A DNA stretch of 64,000 nucleotides from Spartobacteria bacterium (GCA_947482345.1 CANKJN010000003.1:1922-65921), one strand, 5' to 3'; positions 50,120 through 60,002 are shown, counted from the stretch's first letter. The notes: generated by a model from the sequence alone, not told the origin. Made by a program: numbers and translations.

Positions 50120-51931
50120 ATGACCAAAGCGACATCCAAAGCGAAGCCGAACCCCAAGGCGGGATTCGTGGCGAGATCCGTTACTGCCTCAAAAACAAAA
50201 CCGAGGCCGCAACTTCCCAAAACTCCCACCGGTATCCGGGGATTCGATGAGATCACTGGAGGGGGGCTTCCGACCGGGCGGCCCACTCTGGTCTGTGGTG
50301 GAGCGGGGTGTGGCAAGACGGTCTTTGGAATCGCATTTCTGGTGAATGGGGTGACCCATTTTGGCGAGCCGGGTGTCCTGATGTCGTTCCAGGAGAGTGC
50401 AATGGAACTGACCGATAATGTGGCCTCGTTCGGTTACGACCTGCAGGATCTGATCCGGCGCAAGAAGCTGGTGATTGACTGTGTTTGTATTGAGCGCAGC
50501 GAGATCGAAGAGGCCGGCAACTACGATCTGGAAGGCCTCTTCATCCGCCTAGGCCATGCCATCGACTCGATCGGTGCCAAGCGAGTGGTGCTCGACAGTA
50601 TCGAATCACTCTTCGGCGCCCTGCCCAACCAGTCGATCCTTCGTGCCGAAATCAGCCGTCTGTTTCGCTGGCTCAAGGCAAAAGGTGTCACCGCTGTCAT
50701 TACCGGTGAACCCGGAATCGAAATGCTGACTCGGCAGGGGCTTGAGGAGTATGTCAGTGACTGCGTCATCAAGCTTGATCAACGGATCGCGGATCAGGTC
50801 GCCTCGCGCCGTCTGCGCGTGGTCAAGTACCGGGGCTCGGATCACGGCACCAACGAGTACCCTTTCCTGATCGATGAGAGCGGTCTCATCGTGCTGCCGA
50901 TCACCTCGGTCACTCTTGAGCACAACGTTTCGATCGAACGCGTCTCTTCCGGTGTGCCGCGTCTGGATGCCATGATCGGAGGCAAGGGTTATTACAAGGG
51001 GAGCAGCGTGCTGGTCTCGGGCACGGCCGGCACCGGCAAGAGCAGCCTGGCCGCGCACTTTGTCGATGCGGCCTGTCGCAGGGGCGATCGCGCCATCTAT
51101 TTTACCTTTGAGGAGCCGGCCAAGCAGATCATCCGCAACATGCGCTCCATCGGGATCGACCTACAGCACTGGGTGAAGAAGGGGTTGTTGGAATTTCACG
51201 CCACACGCCCGAGTACACACGGCCTGGAAAAGCACCTGCTCCTGATGGAAAGCGCCATTAATGACTTCATACCCAAGGTGGTGTCGGTCGATCCCCTGAA
51301 CAGTTTCCTCATGGGTGGCAATCAGCTCGAGGTGAAGGGAATGATGATGCGCCTGGTGAATTTCATGAAGACACGCGGGATCACCAGTGTGTTTACCAGT
51401 CTGACCTCGGGCGGTGCGCCGATCGAGCGGACCGACATCGCGATCTCCTCCCTGATCGACACCTGGATCCTGCTGCGCGATACCGATTATGGCGGGGAGC
51501 GTAACCGCACGCTGTACGTGCTGAAGTCGCGCGGAATGCCGCACTCGAACCAGATTCGTGAGTTTCTGTTGACAGACAAGGGTATCAAATTGAGCGATGT
51601 CTATGTCGGCGCGGCCGGCGTGCTGACCGGGACGGCACGGTTGAATCAGGAGGCCATCGATGCCGCCGCGAAATTGCTGCGCGAGCAGGAAGTGAAGCGG
51701 GGCCGCGACGAACTCGAAGGGAAGCACCGGATCATGGAAGCGCAGATCGCCGCCATGCGCGCCGAGTTTGCCGTGCAGGAACTGGCCAGCAAGAAAGTCA
51801 CCGATGTGCAACAGGCCATCGAGATGATGGCAACCAAGCAGCGTCAACAGATGTCGCGTGCCCGAGGAGCTGATATCACCCCCCCCCCCGGATTTCACGC
51901 CGTGACAACCGAAGTGAATCCAAATGAATAG
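50120..51931 (+). CDS. kaiC: KaiC-family double-domain RecA-like ATPase with a C-terminal coiled-coil extension
   Basis: Two Walker A motifs (GGAGCGKT, GTAGTGKS). The GIRGFDEITGGGLP entry motif and the CII region DIAISSLIDTWILLR (Ser-Ser at the phospho-site position) are present. About 100 aa of heptad-like tail follow CII. The ATG at 50120 follows a low-complexity leader. Confidence 0.85.
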   Translation: MTKATSKAKPNPKAGFVARSVTASKTKPRPQLPKTPTGIRGFDEITGGGLPTGRPTLVCGGAGCGKTVFGIAFLVNGVTHFGEPGVLMSFQESAMELTDNVASFGYDLQDLIRRKKLVIDCVCIERSEIEEAGNYDLEGLFIRLGHAIDSIGAKRVVLDSIESLFGALPNQSILRAEISRLFRWLKAKGVTAVITGEPGIEMLTRQGLEEYVSDCVIKLDQRIADQVASRRLRVVKYRGSDHGTNEYPFLIDESGLIVLPITSVTLEHNVSIERVSSGVPRLDAMIGGKGYYKGSSVLVSGTAGTGKSSLAAHFVDAACRRGDRAIYFTFEEPAKQIIRNMRSIGIDLQHWVKKGLLEFHATRPSTHGLEKHLLLMESAINDFIPKVVSVDPLNSFLMGGNQLEVKGMMMRLVNFMKTRGITSVFTSLTSGGAPIERTDIAISSLIDTWILLRDTDYGGERNRTLYVLKSRGMPHSNQIREFLLTDKGIKLSDVYVGAAGVLTGTARLNQEAIDAAAKLLREQEVKRGRDELEGKHRIMEAQIAAMRAEFAVQELASKKVTDVQQAIEMMATKQRQQMSRARGADITPPPGFHAVTTEVNPNE

Positions 51932-52622
51932 GAAAGCTGTAGCGCACAACATCAAGGCGGCGAACGGCAAAGCAGGCCCTGATTTCTTTTCGCTGAGGCT
52001 GTATGTCGTCGGAGAGACGCCGAAGTCGCAAGCGGCCATTGCCAATCTGGAGAAGATTTGCGGGGAGTATCTTGCCGGGCACCATCAGATCGAAGTCATT
52101 GATCTGCTGAAAAATCCGCAACTCGCGCTGGATCATCAGATCGTGGCGATCCCGACGCTTGTCATCGAGCAACCGCTTCCGGTGCGCAGGATCATCGGCG
52201 ATCTCTCCGATACCGACCGGGTGCTGATCGCCCTTGGCTTGAGGGAGCTCCCGCCACGCGCGATAAGAACACTGCCGAACTTTTACGAATGGAACTATTA
52301 CACGCGTTCCAGTGACCTCGTACCATGCGAGGCCATCGGATTCACGGGCTCAAACCTTGGTCTGGTTCAAAGTCTCCCGGAAATCGCGGGTAGCAACGAG
52401 AAGCTTGTCATGAAGGATTGGGAAGTGACGATTCCAGAGGGAAAGATATCGCCCGCTCAGATCCTGAGACGCGGTGATTACCTGGTCTGGGATGGGACCG
52501 CCTTGAGAGTCTGGGGGGATCAGGACTTCAAAGAGAACTTTCAGCCAATGAAGCCTCCGTCCTCACTTCAAGCTGGAACACCCAGGAATCTCAGGGTGAT
52601 AACGCTCCCGAATCCCCAGTGA
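51924..52622 (+). CDS. kaiB: KaiB-domain protein fused to a ~125-aa C-terminal domain of unknown function
   Basis: The N-terminal thioredoxin-like KaiB signature is LRLYVVGETPKSQAAIANLEKIC...IEVIDLLKNPQLALDHQIVAIPTLV. The remainder has no motif I recognise. 8-nt overlap with kaiC. Confidence 0.75.
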   Translation: MNRKAVAHNIKAANGKAGPDFFSLRLYVVGETPKSQAAIANLEKICGEYLAGHHQIEVIDLLKNPQLALDHQIVAIPTLVIEQPLPVRRIIGDLSDTDRVLIALGLRELPPRAIRTLPNFYEWNYYTRSSDLVPCEAIGFTGSNLGLVQSLPEIAGSNEKLVMKDWEVTIPEGKISPAQILRRGDYLVWDGTALRVWGDQDFKENFQPMKPPSSLQAGTPRNLRVITLPNPQ

Positions 52623-53456
52623 TCAGGATTGGATCGAGTCAATCGTCGGGAGGCGGTGTCTGCGTTCTCCAAGCCGGGGGATGCAGGCGATGAGGGCCTT
52701 GGTGTAGGGATGCTGGGGATTGCGGAGGATCTGGTCGGTCTCCCCATACTCGACGACCTCGCCCCGGTACATCACGGCCACATGGCGGGCGAGACCGCGG
52801 ATGATGGCGAAATTGTGGGTGATCAGGAGCACCGCCATGCCGAGGTCGCGCTGGAGTTCCCGAAGCTTGTCGAGGATCTGCTTCTGGATCGTGACATCGA
52901 GCGCCGTGGTCGGTTCATCGGCGATCAGAAGGTCAGGACGCGCCGAAAGAGCCATGGCGATCATCACGCGCTGCTGCATGCCGCCGCTGAGTTGGTGGGG
53001 GTAGTCGTGGAGTCTCGAAGCCGGATCGACGATCCCGACGGCATCAAGCCAGCGGATGATCTCGGAATCGATGTCGGTCACGTCGGGCCGGTGGAGACGA
53101 ATCATCTCCGCGATCTGGCTGCGAATCGTGTAGACGGGGTTGAGCGAGGTGGAGGGCTCCTGGAAGATGTAGGCGATCTTCCCCCCGCGAACCTCGCGAA
53201 GCTCCGCATCCGAGGCCTTCAGAAGGTCCTTCCCTTCAAAGAGGATCTCACCGCCCTGATAGACGGCGGGAGGTGTGGGTAGAAGTTGCGAGATCGCGAG
53301 CGCGGTCACGCTCTTGCCGCTGCCGCTCTCACCGACGATCGCAAGGGTTTCGCCTTTGCCAAGCTCAAGGGAAACTCCCTTGAGGGCCGGGGTGATGGTC
53401 TCGCCCGAGCGGAAAGCGATTTTGAGGTTGCGGATGGAGAGCATGGGAAAAGGCAA
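52623..53456 (-). CDS. Peptide/nickel ABC transporter ATP-binding protein (DppD/OppD-like)
   Basis: Walker A GESGSGKS, signature [12 protein letters not shown], Walker [13 protein letters not shown] and the OppD-type C-terminal extension. Confidence 0.85.
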   Translation of the reverse strand: MPFPMLSIRNLKIAFRSGETITPALKGVSLELGKGETLAIVGESGSGKSVTALAISQLLPTPPAVYQGGEILFEGKDLLKASDAELREVRGGKIAYIFQEPSTSLNPVYTIRSQIAEMIRLHRPDVTDIDSEIIRWLDAVGIVDPASRLHDYPHQLSGGMQQRVMIAMALSARPDLLIADEPTTALDVTIQKQILDKLRELQRDLGMAVLLITHNFAIIRGLARHVAVMYRGEVVEYGETDQILRNPQHPYTKALIACIPRLGERRHRLPTIDSIQS

Positions 53457-53471
53457 ATTATGAAGGATGAA

Positions 53472-53852
53472 TTATGAAGTATGAAGGGCAGAGGCCTTGG
53501 TCTTCTTGGAAATGGTCGTGAGGATTGCGATGAGCTGATCGCACTCATGATAGAGATCCTTCAATTTCCGAGAGCTGACGATATCAGATTCAACGAGCAA
53601 CTCGAGCCAGTAGGCGGTTTCATCAAGCTCCTTGATGCAAACTCCGATGATGGAGATGAACTCTGCTTTGGACCTGGAGCGCTTGGCTTCGCGGAAATTG
53701 GCTCCAACTGATGTTCCTGATCTCAGAGCCTGCTTTCCCAATACTTGGGCCTGCGTGTTCTTGGGAAGGGAACAGTAAAGCCTGATCATCCGAAGGGCGA
53801 ACTCCTTCGTCCTTGCGGAAAGCTCAACAGGGGGTGTTTTTTCATTTTTCAT
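53472..53852 (-). CDS. Four-helix-bundle protein (23S rRNA intervening-sequence protein family, TIGR02436-like)
   Basis: Motifs FALRMIRLY...LGKQALRSGTSVGANFREA...EF...KELDETAYWLELL. Start chosen at MKNEK (53852). Confidence 0.8.
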   Translation of the reverse strand: MKNEKTPPVELSARTKEFALRMIRLYCSLPKNTQAQVLGKQALRSGTSVGANFREAKRSRSKAEFISIIGVCIKELDETAYWLELLVESDIVSSRKLKDLYHECDQLIAILTTISKKTKASALHTS

Positions 53853-53898
53853 TCTGCATTTTTCCTTTCCTTCATCCCTCATAACTCATCCTTCATCA

Positions 53899-54777
53899 TT
53901 ACCCGCGGCTTTCCGCCGCCTCCCTGAGCGCATCGCCTGCAAGAAAGAATGACAGCGAGGCAATCAGGATGGCGAGTCCCGGGAAGAGGATGAGCCACCA
54001 GGCGTCGAGCAGGTAGGTCTTCCCGTCGGCGATGATGTTGCCCCAGGTGGCCTGCGGTGGCTGGACGCCGAAGCCGAGGAAGCTCAGTCCTGCTTCCGAG
54101 AGGATCGCCTCGGGAATGCCTAGCACGGCGGTCACTAGGATCGGTGCCGCGGCATTGGGGAGAATGTGGCGGGTGATGATGGTCCAGGCGTTCTGGCCTA
54201 GAACTCTGGCGCTCTTCACATATTCCGCCTCACGCAGGGTCAGGAATTCCCCCCTGACAAGCCGGGCCGTGCCTGTCCAACTGACCAGGCCGATCACGAC
54301 AACGATATTGATGAGGCTCGGCCCGAGGAGGGCGACGGCTGTCAGCATGAGGAAGAAGGTGGGGAAGCAGAGCAGGGCGTCGACGGAGCGCATCAGGACC
54401 TGGTCGGTGATGCCCCCGAAGTATCCGGCAAGAGCCCCCACCACCATGCCGATCGCCAGCGAGACAAAGACCGCAATGAGTCCCACGGTGAGCGAGATCG
54501 AGGCGCCGTGGAGCATCCGGGAGAGGACGTCACGGCCGAGATTATCGGTTCCAAGCCAGTGTTGAGAGGAGGGAGGCAGAAGCTTCTGCTCAAGGTTGGT
54601 GAGATTCGGGTCGAAGGGCCAGTGATGGCCGAACTGGGAGAGGAGGGCCGTCCCTCCGGCCAGCAGGGCGAAGAGGATGATGAACATCACCGCGATCCGG
54701 GCGATCGGATCGGCTCGGAACCGTCGAAGGATCCGTGCGCTTGGTGTTTCGGAAGAAATCGTTGGAACGGCACTCAT
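53899..54777 (-). CDS. Peptide/nickel ABC transporter permease (DppC/OppC-like)
   Basis: Six TM segments and a BPD_transp_1 region. The ATG at 54777 sits 1 nt after the upstream permease stop. The ORF-track N-terminal extension overlaps dppB and is rejected. Confidence 0.85.
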   Translation of the reverse strand: MSAVPTISSETPSARILRRFRADPIARIAVMFIILFALLAGGTALLSQFGHHWPFDPNLTNLEQKLLPPSSQHWLGTDNLGRDVLSRMLHGASISLTVGLIAVFVSLAIGMVVGALAGYFGGITDQVLMRSVDALLCFPTFFLMLTAVALLGPSLINIVVVIGLVSWTGTARLVRGEFLTLREAEYVKSARVLGQNAWTIITRHILPNAAAPILVTAVLGIPEAILSEAGLSFLGFGVQPPQATWGNIIADGKTYLLDAWWLILFPGLAILIASLSFFLAGDALREAAESRG

Positions 54778-54778
54778 T

Positions 54779-55741
54779 TTATTCGAGTCGTACACGCGGA
54801 TCGACCGCCGCGTAGAGCAGGTCGGAAAGAAGGTTGCCGAGCAGGATGAGTGCCGCCCCGATGAAGTTGAGCGCGACGATGGTCGGGTAGTCCCGTTCCA
54901 ACACCGCCTCGTAGAAGAGGCGCCCCATGCCGGGGTAGGCGAAGATGCTCTCGATGATGACCGAACCGCTGATGAGCGCCGGAAGAAGCATTCCGATGCC
55001 GGTGACAAGCGGTCGGATCGAGTTCCTGAGGGCATGCTTGTAGAGAACCGTCTCCTCGGCGAGCCCCTTGGCCCGGGCGGTCCTGATGTAATCCTCGCGG
55101 AGCGTCCCGATCATCGTGGCCCGTAGGTAGCGTGACTGGGAGGCGATTCCTCCGATGGCGAGGATCGAGGCGGGAATCAGGAGATGCCAGAGGGTGTCGA
55201 GTCCCGCGGCAAAACCGCTGGGGAAGACGATGCCGTAGCTGCGGGTGCCGAGGATCGGGACGCCGAAGCCCTTCACCAGCACGATCGCAACCAGATAGGA
55301 GACCCAGAATCCCGGCAGGGCGATGAAGAGGAAGGCGACAAACGATCCGGCCATGTCCTGCCAGCGCCCGGCATGCCGCGCAGCATAGACGCCCAGCAGG
55401 GTTCCGAAGGAGAGGGAGATGAGGATGGCGGTGATGTTCAGCGCGAGGGTGGCGGGAAGGCGCTCCATGATCTTTCCCATCACGGGGCGGTCATCCTTGA
55501 TGCTGCGCAGATCACCCGTGAAGAGGTCCTTCATCATGAGTGTGTATTGCTCGTGCAGGGGGCGATCGAGGTGGAACTTCTTCCGGAAGTTGGCCTTCAC
55601 CTCGGCGGAGATCTTGGGATTGAGCTCTCCCCACGGATAGGGGCTCCCGGGGGTCATCGTGACGATGAAGAAGGAGATGATGCTGATGATGAACAGCAGC
55701 ACCACGCTCAGGGCGAGACGGCGGATGAGGAAGGAAGTCAC
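54779..55741 (-). CDS. Peptide/nickel ABC transporter permease (DppB/OppB-like)
   Basis: 320 aa with the typical N-terminus MTSFLIRRLALSV... and the EAA-loop region YIRTARAKGL. Confidence 0.9.
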   Translation of the reverse strand: MTSFLIRRLALSVVLLFIISIISFFIVTMTPGSPYPWGELNPKISAEVKANFRKKFHLDRPLHEQYTLMMKDLFTGDLRSIKDDRPVMGKIMERLPATLALNITAILISLSFGTLLGVYAARHAGRWQDMAGSFVAFLFIALPGFWVSYLVAIVLVKGFGVPILGTRSYGIVFPSGFAAGLDTLWHLLIPASILAIGGIASQSRYLRATMIGTLREDYIRTARAKGLAEETVLYKHALRNSIRPLVTGIGMLLPALISGSVIIESIFAYPGMGRLFYEAVLERDYPTIVALNFIGAALILLGNLLSDLLYAAVDPRVRLE

Positions 55742-55895
55742 TGAAGGAAAGGATGAATTATGAAGGATGAATGATGAAAGGAAGAGGAGTCACCCGGCAT
55801 AGAGCGCCGGCGTATAGCGACGGCGTTTTGCCAAATGGAAAAACGAAACAAGATTGATCCCTTCGGGCATTTCATAATTCATCCCTCATCCTTCA

Positions 55896-57788
55896 TCATT
55901 GTTTTGGCGCATACTCCGGCCGGTAGAACCACACCAGGTCGTAGCTCCAGCCGGCCTTGGTCATGGTGACGGGTGCGTCGATCCATTCGCCGGGTGAGGG
56001 GCCCGGGCGTCGGATCCGGTAGCTTCCCTTCCACATGACCGAGGTCTCCTCGGGGACAAAGAGGAACAGGTAGGGTTGGTCGGCATAGATCGCCTGCTGG
56101 AGTTTGCCGGCAAGCCTGATGATCTCGGGACGGGCGTATTCCTGCCGCAGGTCGGTCAGGAGGTGGTCGACTTCGGGATTGTTGTAGCCGATGAAGTTCA
56201 GTTCCTCGGGATGGGTCTGGCTGGAGTGCCAGATCCCGTATTGGTCGAAGTCGTATCCAAGCCCCCAGCCCATGACGATGGCGTCGAATTCCCCCTTGTT
56301 GACGAAGCGCTTGAGCAGGACGGCCCACTCGTAGATCTCGACCTTCACCTCGATGCCGACCTGCTTGAGGTCATCCTGGACAAGGGTGGCGATGTCGCGA
56401 CGGACCTCGTTGCCGTTGTTGGCCAGCAGGGTGAAGCTGAAACGCTTCCCCTCCTTCACCCGGATACCGTCAGGGCCAACCTTCCACCCGGCTTCATCCA
56501 GAAGCTTGCGGGCGGCGGCCGGATCGTAGGGGAGTGGTTTCACCGAGGGGTCGAAGAACCATACCTGCGGAGTGAAGATCCCGGTCGACTGCACTCCCCG
56601 GCCATAGATGATGTGCTTGATCATCTGGGCGACATTCACGGCCTGAGCCAAGGCTTGCCTGACCCTGAGGTCTTGGAACATGGGACGGCGGAGATTCCAG
56701 CCGATGTAGTTGTACCTGTTGCCGGGGACGCTGAAGAGGTCGAGGCGGGGATCCTTCTCCAAGCTCTTCACGGCCCAGGGGCTGACATCCCAGAAATCGA
56801 CCTGCTTGGTCTGGAAGGCGAGTTGGAGGGTGAGGGGATCGGGCAGGACGCGGAAGACGATCGAATCGAGCCATGGGGAGCCGAGGAAATAGTCGGGGTT
56901 CTTTTTTAGCCGTATGAACTCATTGGTCTTCCAGGAATCGAACTTGAAGGGGCCTGTGCCGATCGGCTTCCGGTTATAGGCCTCGGGCCACTTGGAGGGG
57001 TCGAGTTTTCCCAGGAGGTGCTCGGGCAGGATCGCCCCCATCCAGCTCAGGAGCGCCGGGGAGAAGGGCTTCTTGTAGCGGACAATGACCGTTTTCGGAT
57101 CCGGCGTCCCGACGCTCTCCACGAGATCGAAGTCGGAGCGGCGAGGGGAGGCCACTTTCTCGTCCATGATGGCCCGGCACGTGAAGGCGACATCCGCCGA
57201 GGTGAAGGGGGCGCCGTCATGCCAACGCACCCCGTCGCGCAGGGTGAATCGGATGATCGGTTCGGCCTTGAATGGGCGCTCCTTACCGCCGGGCTCCAAG
57301 GCGGGGAAGGGGAGTGGGTGGAGGTCATTTTTCTCAAAGAACCCCGCGATTTTTTCTGAAACTTCGAGCCCCGGCTGGCGTAGCGTGATGACGAGATTTT
57401 TCCCCTTTTGTTCAGTATTCGAAATCTCACCCTTAAAATTAAAAGCGGTATTGAGTTGCGATGCCGGTATCGTTGCCGTTTTGGCTTCTTCTTCAGTCGC
57501 AAACTGAAACGTTGTTTCCTGCGATAGCTCCCACCCGGTGGCCAGATCACCCACGATCTCGAGATCCTGATTGTATTTGATCAGGCCGTTAAAGATCAGC
57601 CCCCCGATCTGGGAAGAGGCCGAGTCGGCCTGCTGGATCGGGTTCAGAGTGGAGGGTTCCCCGAGGGTACCGATCGACATCTCGTTCTTCTTGGCCACCG
57701 AGAGGTAGGTGGCATTGACGAAAGCCGCCGCCAGAAGGAGAAGCAACGCAACCGGAATGCCGTAGAGAAAGAGCCGGAGGGAACGCAT
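55896..57788 (-). CDS. ABC transporter substrate-binding protein, family 5 (peptide/nickel)
   Basis: 630 aa with a signal anchor and SBP_bac_5-like core. It heads the permease/ATPase operon. Confidence 0.85.
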   Translation of the reverse strand: MRSLRLFLYGIPVALLLLLAAAFVNATYLSVAKKNEMSIGTLGEPSTLNPIQQADSASSQIGGLIFNGLIKYNQDLEIVGDLATGWELSQETTFQFATEEEAKTATIPASQLNTAFNFKGEISNTEQKGKNLVITLRQPGLEVSEKIAGFFEKNDLHPLPFPALEPGGKERPFKAEPIIRFTLRDGVRWHDGAPFTSADVAFTCRAIMDEKVASPRRSDFDLVESVGTPDPKTVIVRYKKPFSPALLSWMGAILPEHLLGKLDPSKWPEAYNRKPIGTGPFKFDSWKTNEFIRLKKNPDYFLGSPWLDSIVFRVLPDPLTLQLAFQTKQVDFWDVSPWAVKSLEKDPRLDLFSVPGNRYNYIGWNLRRPMFQDLRVRQALAQAVNVAQMIKHIIYGRGVQSTGIFTPQVWFFDPSVKPLPYDPAAARKLLDEAGWKVGPDGIRVKEGKRFSFTLLANNGNEVRRDIATLVQDDLKQVGIEVKVEIYEWAVLLKRFVNKGEFDAIVMGWGLGYDFDQYGIWHSSQTHPEELNFIGYNNPEVDHLLTDLRQEYARPEIIRLAGKLQQAIYADQPYLFLFVPEETSVMWKGSYRIRRPGPSPGEWIDAPVTMTKAGWSYDLVWFYRPEYAPKQ

Positions 57789-57922
57789 ATCAGGGAAAAG
57801 ATGAAGGAGGAATTATGAATGATGAAACGGTGAATCACAGGCTATTCCATGGAAACTTCCACCAAAAATCGCCTTTGGAGGTTGTCCCTGAAGGATCTCC
57901 CTGCTTTCCTTGTCGGTTCATC

Positions 57923-59311
57923 ATGAAAGTCACCACAGAACAGAAAGAGACCTGCATCGTCGACCTGCACATCGAACTTCCGCCCGATCGCTTCCACTCC
58001 GAGTGGAAGGAAGTGGGCGGCGAATACCGCCGTCTGGCCAATCTTCCCGGCTTCCGCAAGGGCAAGGCCCCGCTCGCCATCGTCGAGAAGAAATACGGAC
58101 AGGACATCGAGCAGGAAGTCACCCGGAAGCTCCTTGATGCCGCCGTCCGCGAGGCGATCAACGAGCAGAAGCTCGGCCCGGTCCAGAGCCCGAACGTCCG
58201 CGATATCAAGCTGGAAGGGGACCGTTCCCTGCGCTTCACCGCGACGATCGTGACACGCCCCGCGATCACCCTGCCCGAGTACAAGGGACTCCAGGTGACC
58301 GTTGAGAAGCCTGCCGTCGATGAGAAGCAGGTGGAGGAATTCCTCGAGGGACTGCGCGGCGACCTGGCCGACTTCAAGACGGTCGAGGGGCGTCCCCTCG
58401 CGATGGGTGACTTCGCGGTCCTCGATTACGAGGGTTCCATCGAGGGAAAACTCCTCTCGGAGACCTACCCCGACCTGCAGCCCACCTACACAGGCCGCAA
58501 GAACTTCTGGATCAAGCTGGAGGAGGAGCGTCCGATCCCAGGTCTGGCCGCCGCCATGGTCGGCATGAAGGCCGGAGAGACGCGCGACTGCAGCGTCAGC
58601 TTCCCGACCGAGTTCGGCGAGGAGAAGCTCCGCGGCTACAAGGTCTCCTACAAGGTCACCCTGCACGAGATCAAGGAGCGTGAGCTTCCCCCGCTCGACG
58701 ACGCCTTTGCCGCGAAGCTGGCCCCAGGTTCGACCCTCGAGAAGATCCGTGAGCAGATCCGTGAGCGCCTGCAGGCCAATGGTGAGGAGAACTTCACCCG
58801 CGCCGTCCGCGCCGATGTCGTGAAGCAGCTTCTCGCCATGGTGACGGTCGACATCCCCTCCACGATGGTCCAGCAGGAGAGCACCTCGATCCTCAAGGAG
58901 ATCATCCGCGAGAACCAGCAGCGCGGCGTCTCCGAGGAGGAGCTCCGTTCCCATCAGGAGGAGTTGCTCGGCGCCGCCCGCCAGAGCGCCGGGGACAAGG
59001 TGAAGCTCAACTTCATCCTCGGCGAGGTCATCGGCAAGGAAGGCATCAGCGTCTCCCGCGAGGAACTCGCCTGGCGCATCACCAACATGGCCGAGCGCTA
59101 CCAGATGACACCGCAGAAGCTTCTCAAGGAACTTCAGAAACACCGCGCCATCGCCGGCATCGAGGAGGAGATAGCCCTCGGTAAGGCCCTTGATACGGTC
59201 GTCTCTCATGCTAGGGTGAATGGAGAGGATCCCAAACCGATCCATCACAACAATCCTTCCCATGATGAAGAACCCCATGTCCATGGCCCCGGTTGCGGGC
59301 ACGACCACTAA
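57923..59311 (+). CDS. tig: Trigger factor with an unusual His/Cys-rich C-terminal tail
   Basis: N-terminal ribosome-binding motif GFRKGKAP. The FKBP and C-terminal arm regions are present. The tail is [22 protein letters not shown]. Confidence 0.9.
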   Translation: MKVTTEQKETCIVDLHIELPPDRFHSEWKEVGGEYRRLANLPGFRKGKAPLAIVEKKYGQDIEQEVTRKLLDAAVREAINEQKLGPVQSPNVRDIKLEGDRSLRFTATIVTRPAITLPEYKGLQVTVEKPAVDEKQVEEFLEGLRGDLADFKTVEGRPLAMGDFAVLDYEGSIEGKLLSETYPDLQPTYTGRKNFWIKLEEERPIPGLAAAMVGMKAGETRDCSVSFPTEFGEEKLRGYKVSYKVTLHEIKERELPPLDDAFAAKLAPGSTLEKIREQIRERLQANGEENFTRAVRADVVKQLLAMVTVDIPSTMVQQESTSILKEIIRENQQRGVSEEELRSHQEELLGAARQSAGDKVKLNFILGEVIGKEGISVSREELAWRITNMAERYQMTPQKLLKELQKHRAIAGIEEEIALGKALDTVVSHARVNGEDPKPIHHNNPSHDEEPHVHGPGCGHDH

Positions 59312-59312
59312 G

Positions 59313-59981
59313 ATGAGCCACTTCAACAACGGCAACGGATCGGGCGCCCCCCATTCCATGCTCGTCCCGATGGTGGTCGAGCAGACCGGCCGGGGCGAAC
59401 GCAGTTACGACATCTATTCCCGCCTTCTCAAGGACCGGATCATCTTCATCGGCACCGGAATCGACGATCATGTCGCCAATCTGGTGATCGCCCAGTTGCT
59501 CTTCCTTCAGATGGAGGATGCCAAGAAGGATATTCACCTCTACATCAACTCGCCCGGCGGTTCCGTCACGGCGGGTCTGGCCATCTACGACACGATGCAG
59601 TTCGTCACCTGTGACGTGAACACCTACTGCATGGGGATGGCCGCCAGCATGGGGGCATTCCTTCTCTGTGCAGGAACGAAGGGGAAACGCTTCGCCCTGC
59701 CCAACTCCGACATCATGATCCACCAGGTCTCCGGTGGTGCCCATGGCACCGCCAGCGACGTCGAGCGGAGTGTGGAGTTCATGTACAAGCTGAACCGCCG
59801 CCTCACCAAGATCATCGCCGATAACACCGGCAAGACCGAGGAGCAGGTGAAGAAGGATGCCGACCGCGACTACTACATGACCGCCGATGAGGCCTGTGAA
59901 TACGGACTCGTCGACGAGGTCGTGAAGTACCGAAAGGAACTCAAGAATCCTCCCGAGAAGGCGAAGGATTCCGCCGAGTAA
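59313..59981 (+). CDS. clpP: ATP-dependent Clp protease proteolytic subunit
   Basis: [16 protein letters not shown], and catalytic Ser/His regions ([17 protein letters not shown]). Confidence 0.95.
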   Translation: MSHFNNGNGSGAPHSMLVPMVVEQTGRGERSYDIYSRLLKDRIIFIGTGIDDHVANLVIAQLLFLQMEDAKKDIHLYINSPGGSVTAGLAIYDTMQFVTCDVNTYCMGMAASMGAFLLCAGTKGKRFALPNSDIMIHQVSGGAHGTASDVERSVEFMYKLNRRLTKIIADNTGKTEEQVKKDADRDYYMTADEACEYGLVDEVVKYRKELKNPPEKAKDSAE

Positions 59982-60002
59982 TCTCTCCAAGCTCCCAACG
60001 TC

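Noticed and set aside
52617-52628. The convergent kaiB-like and dppD-like genes end stop-to-stop within the palindrome TGATCA, with no intergenic terminator.
   Set aside because: This is probably coincidental tight packing. It is a single 6-bp palindrome with no further structure, and I cannot support any regulatory claim.
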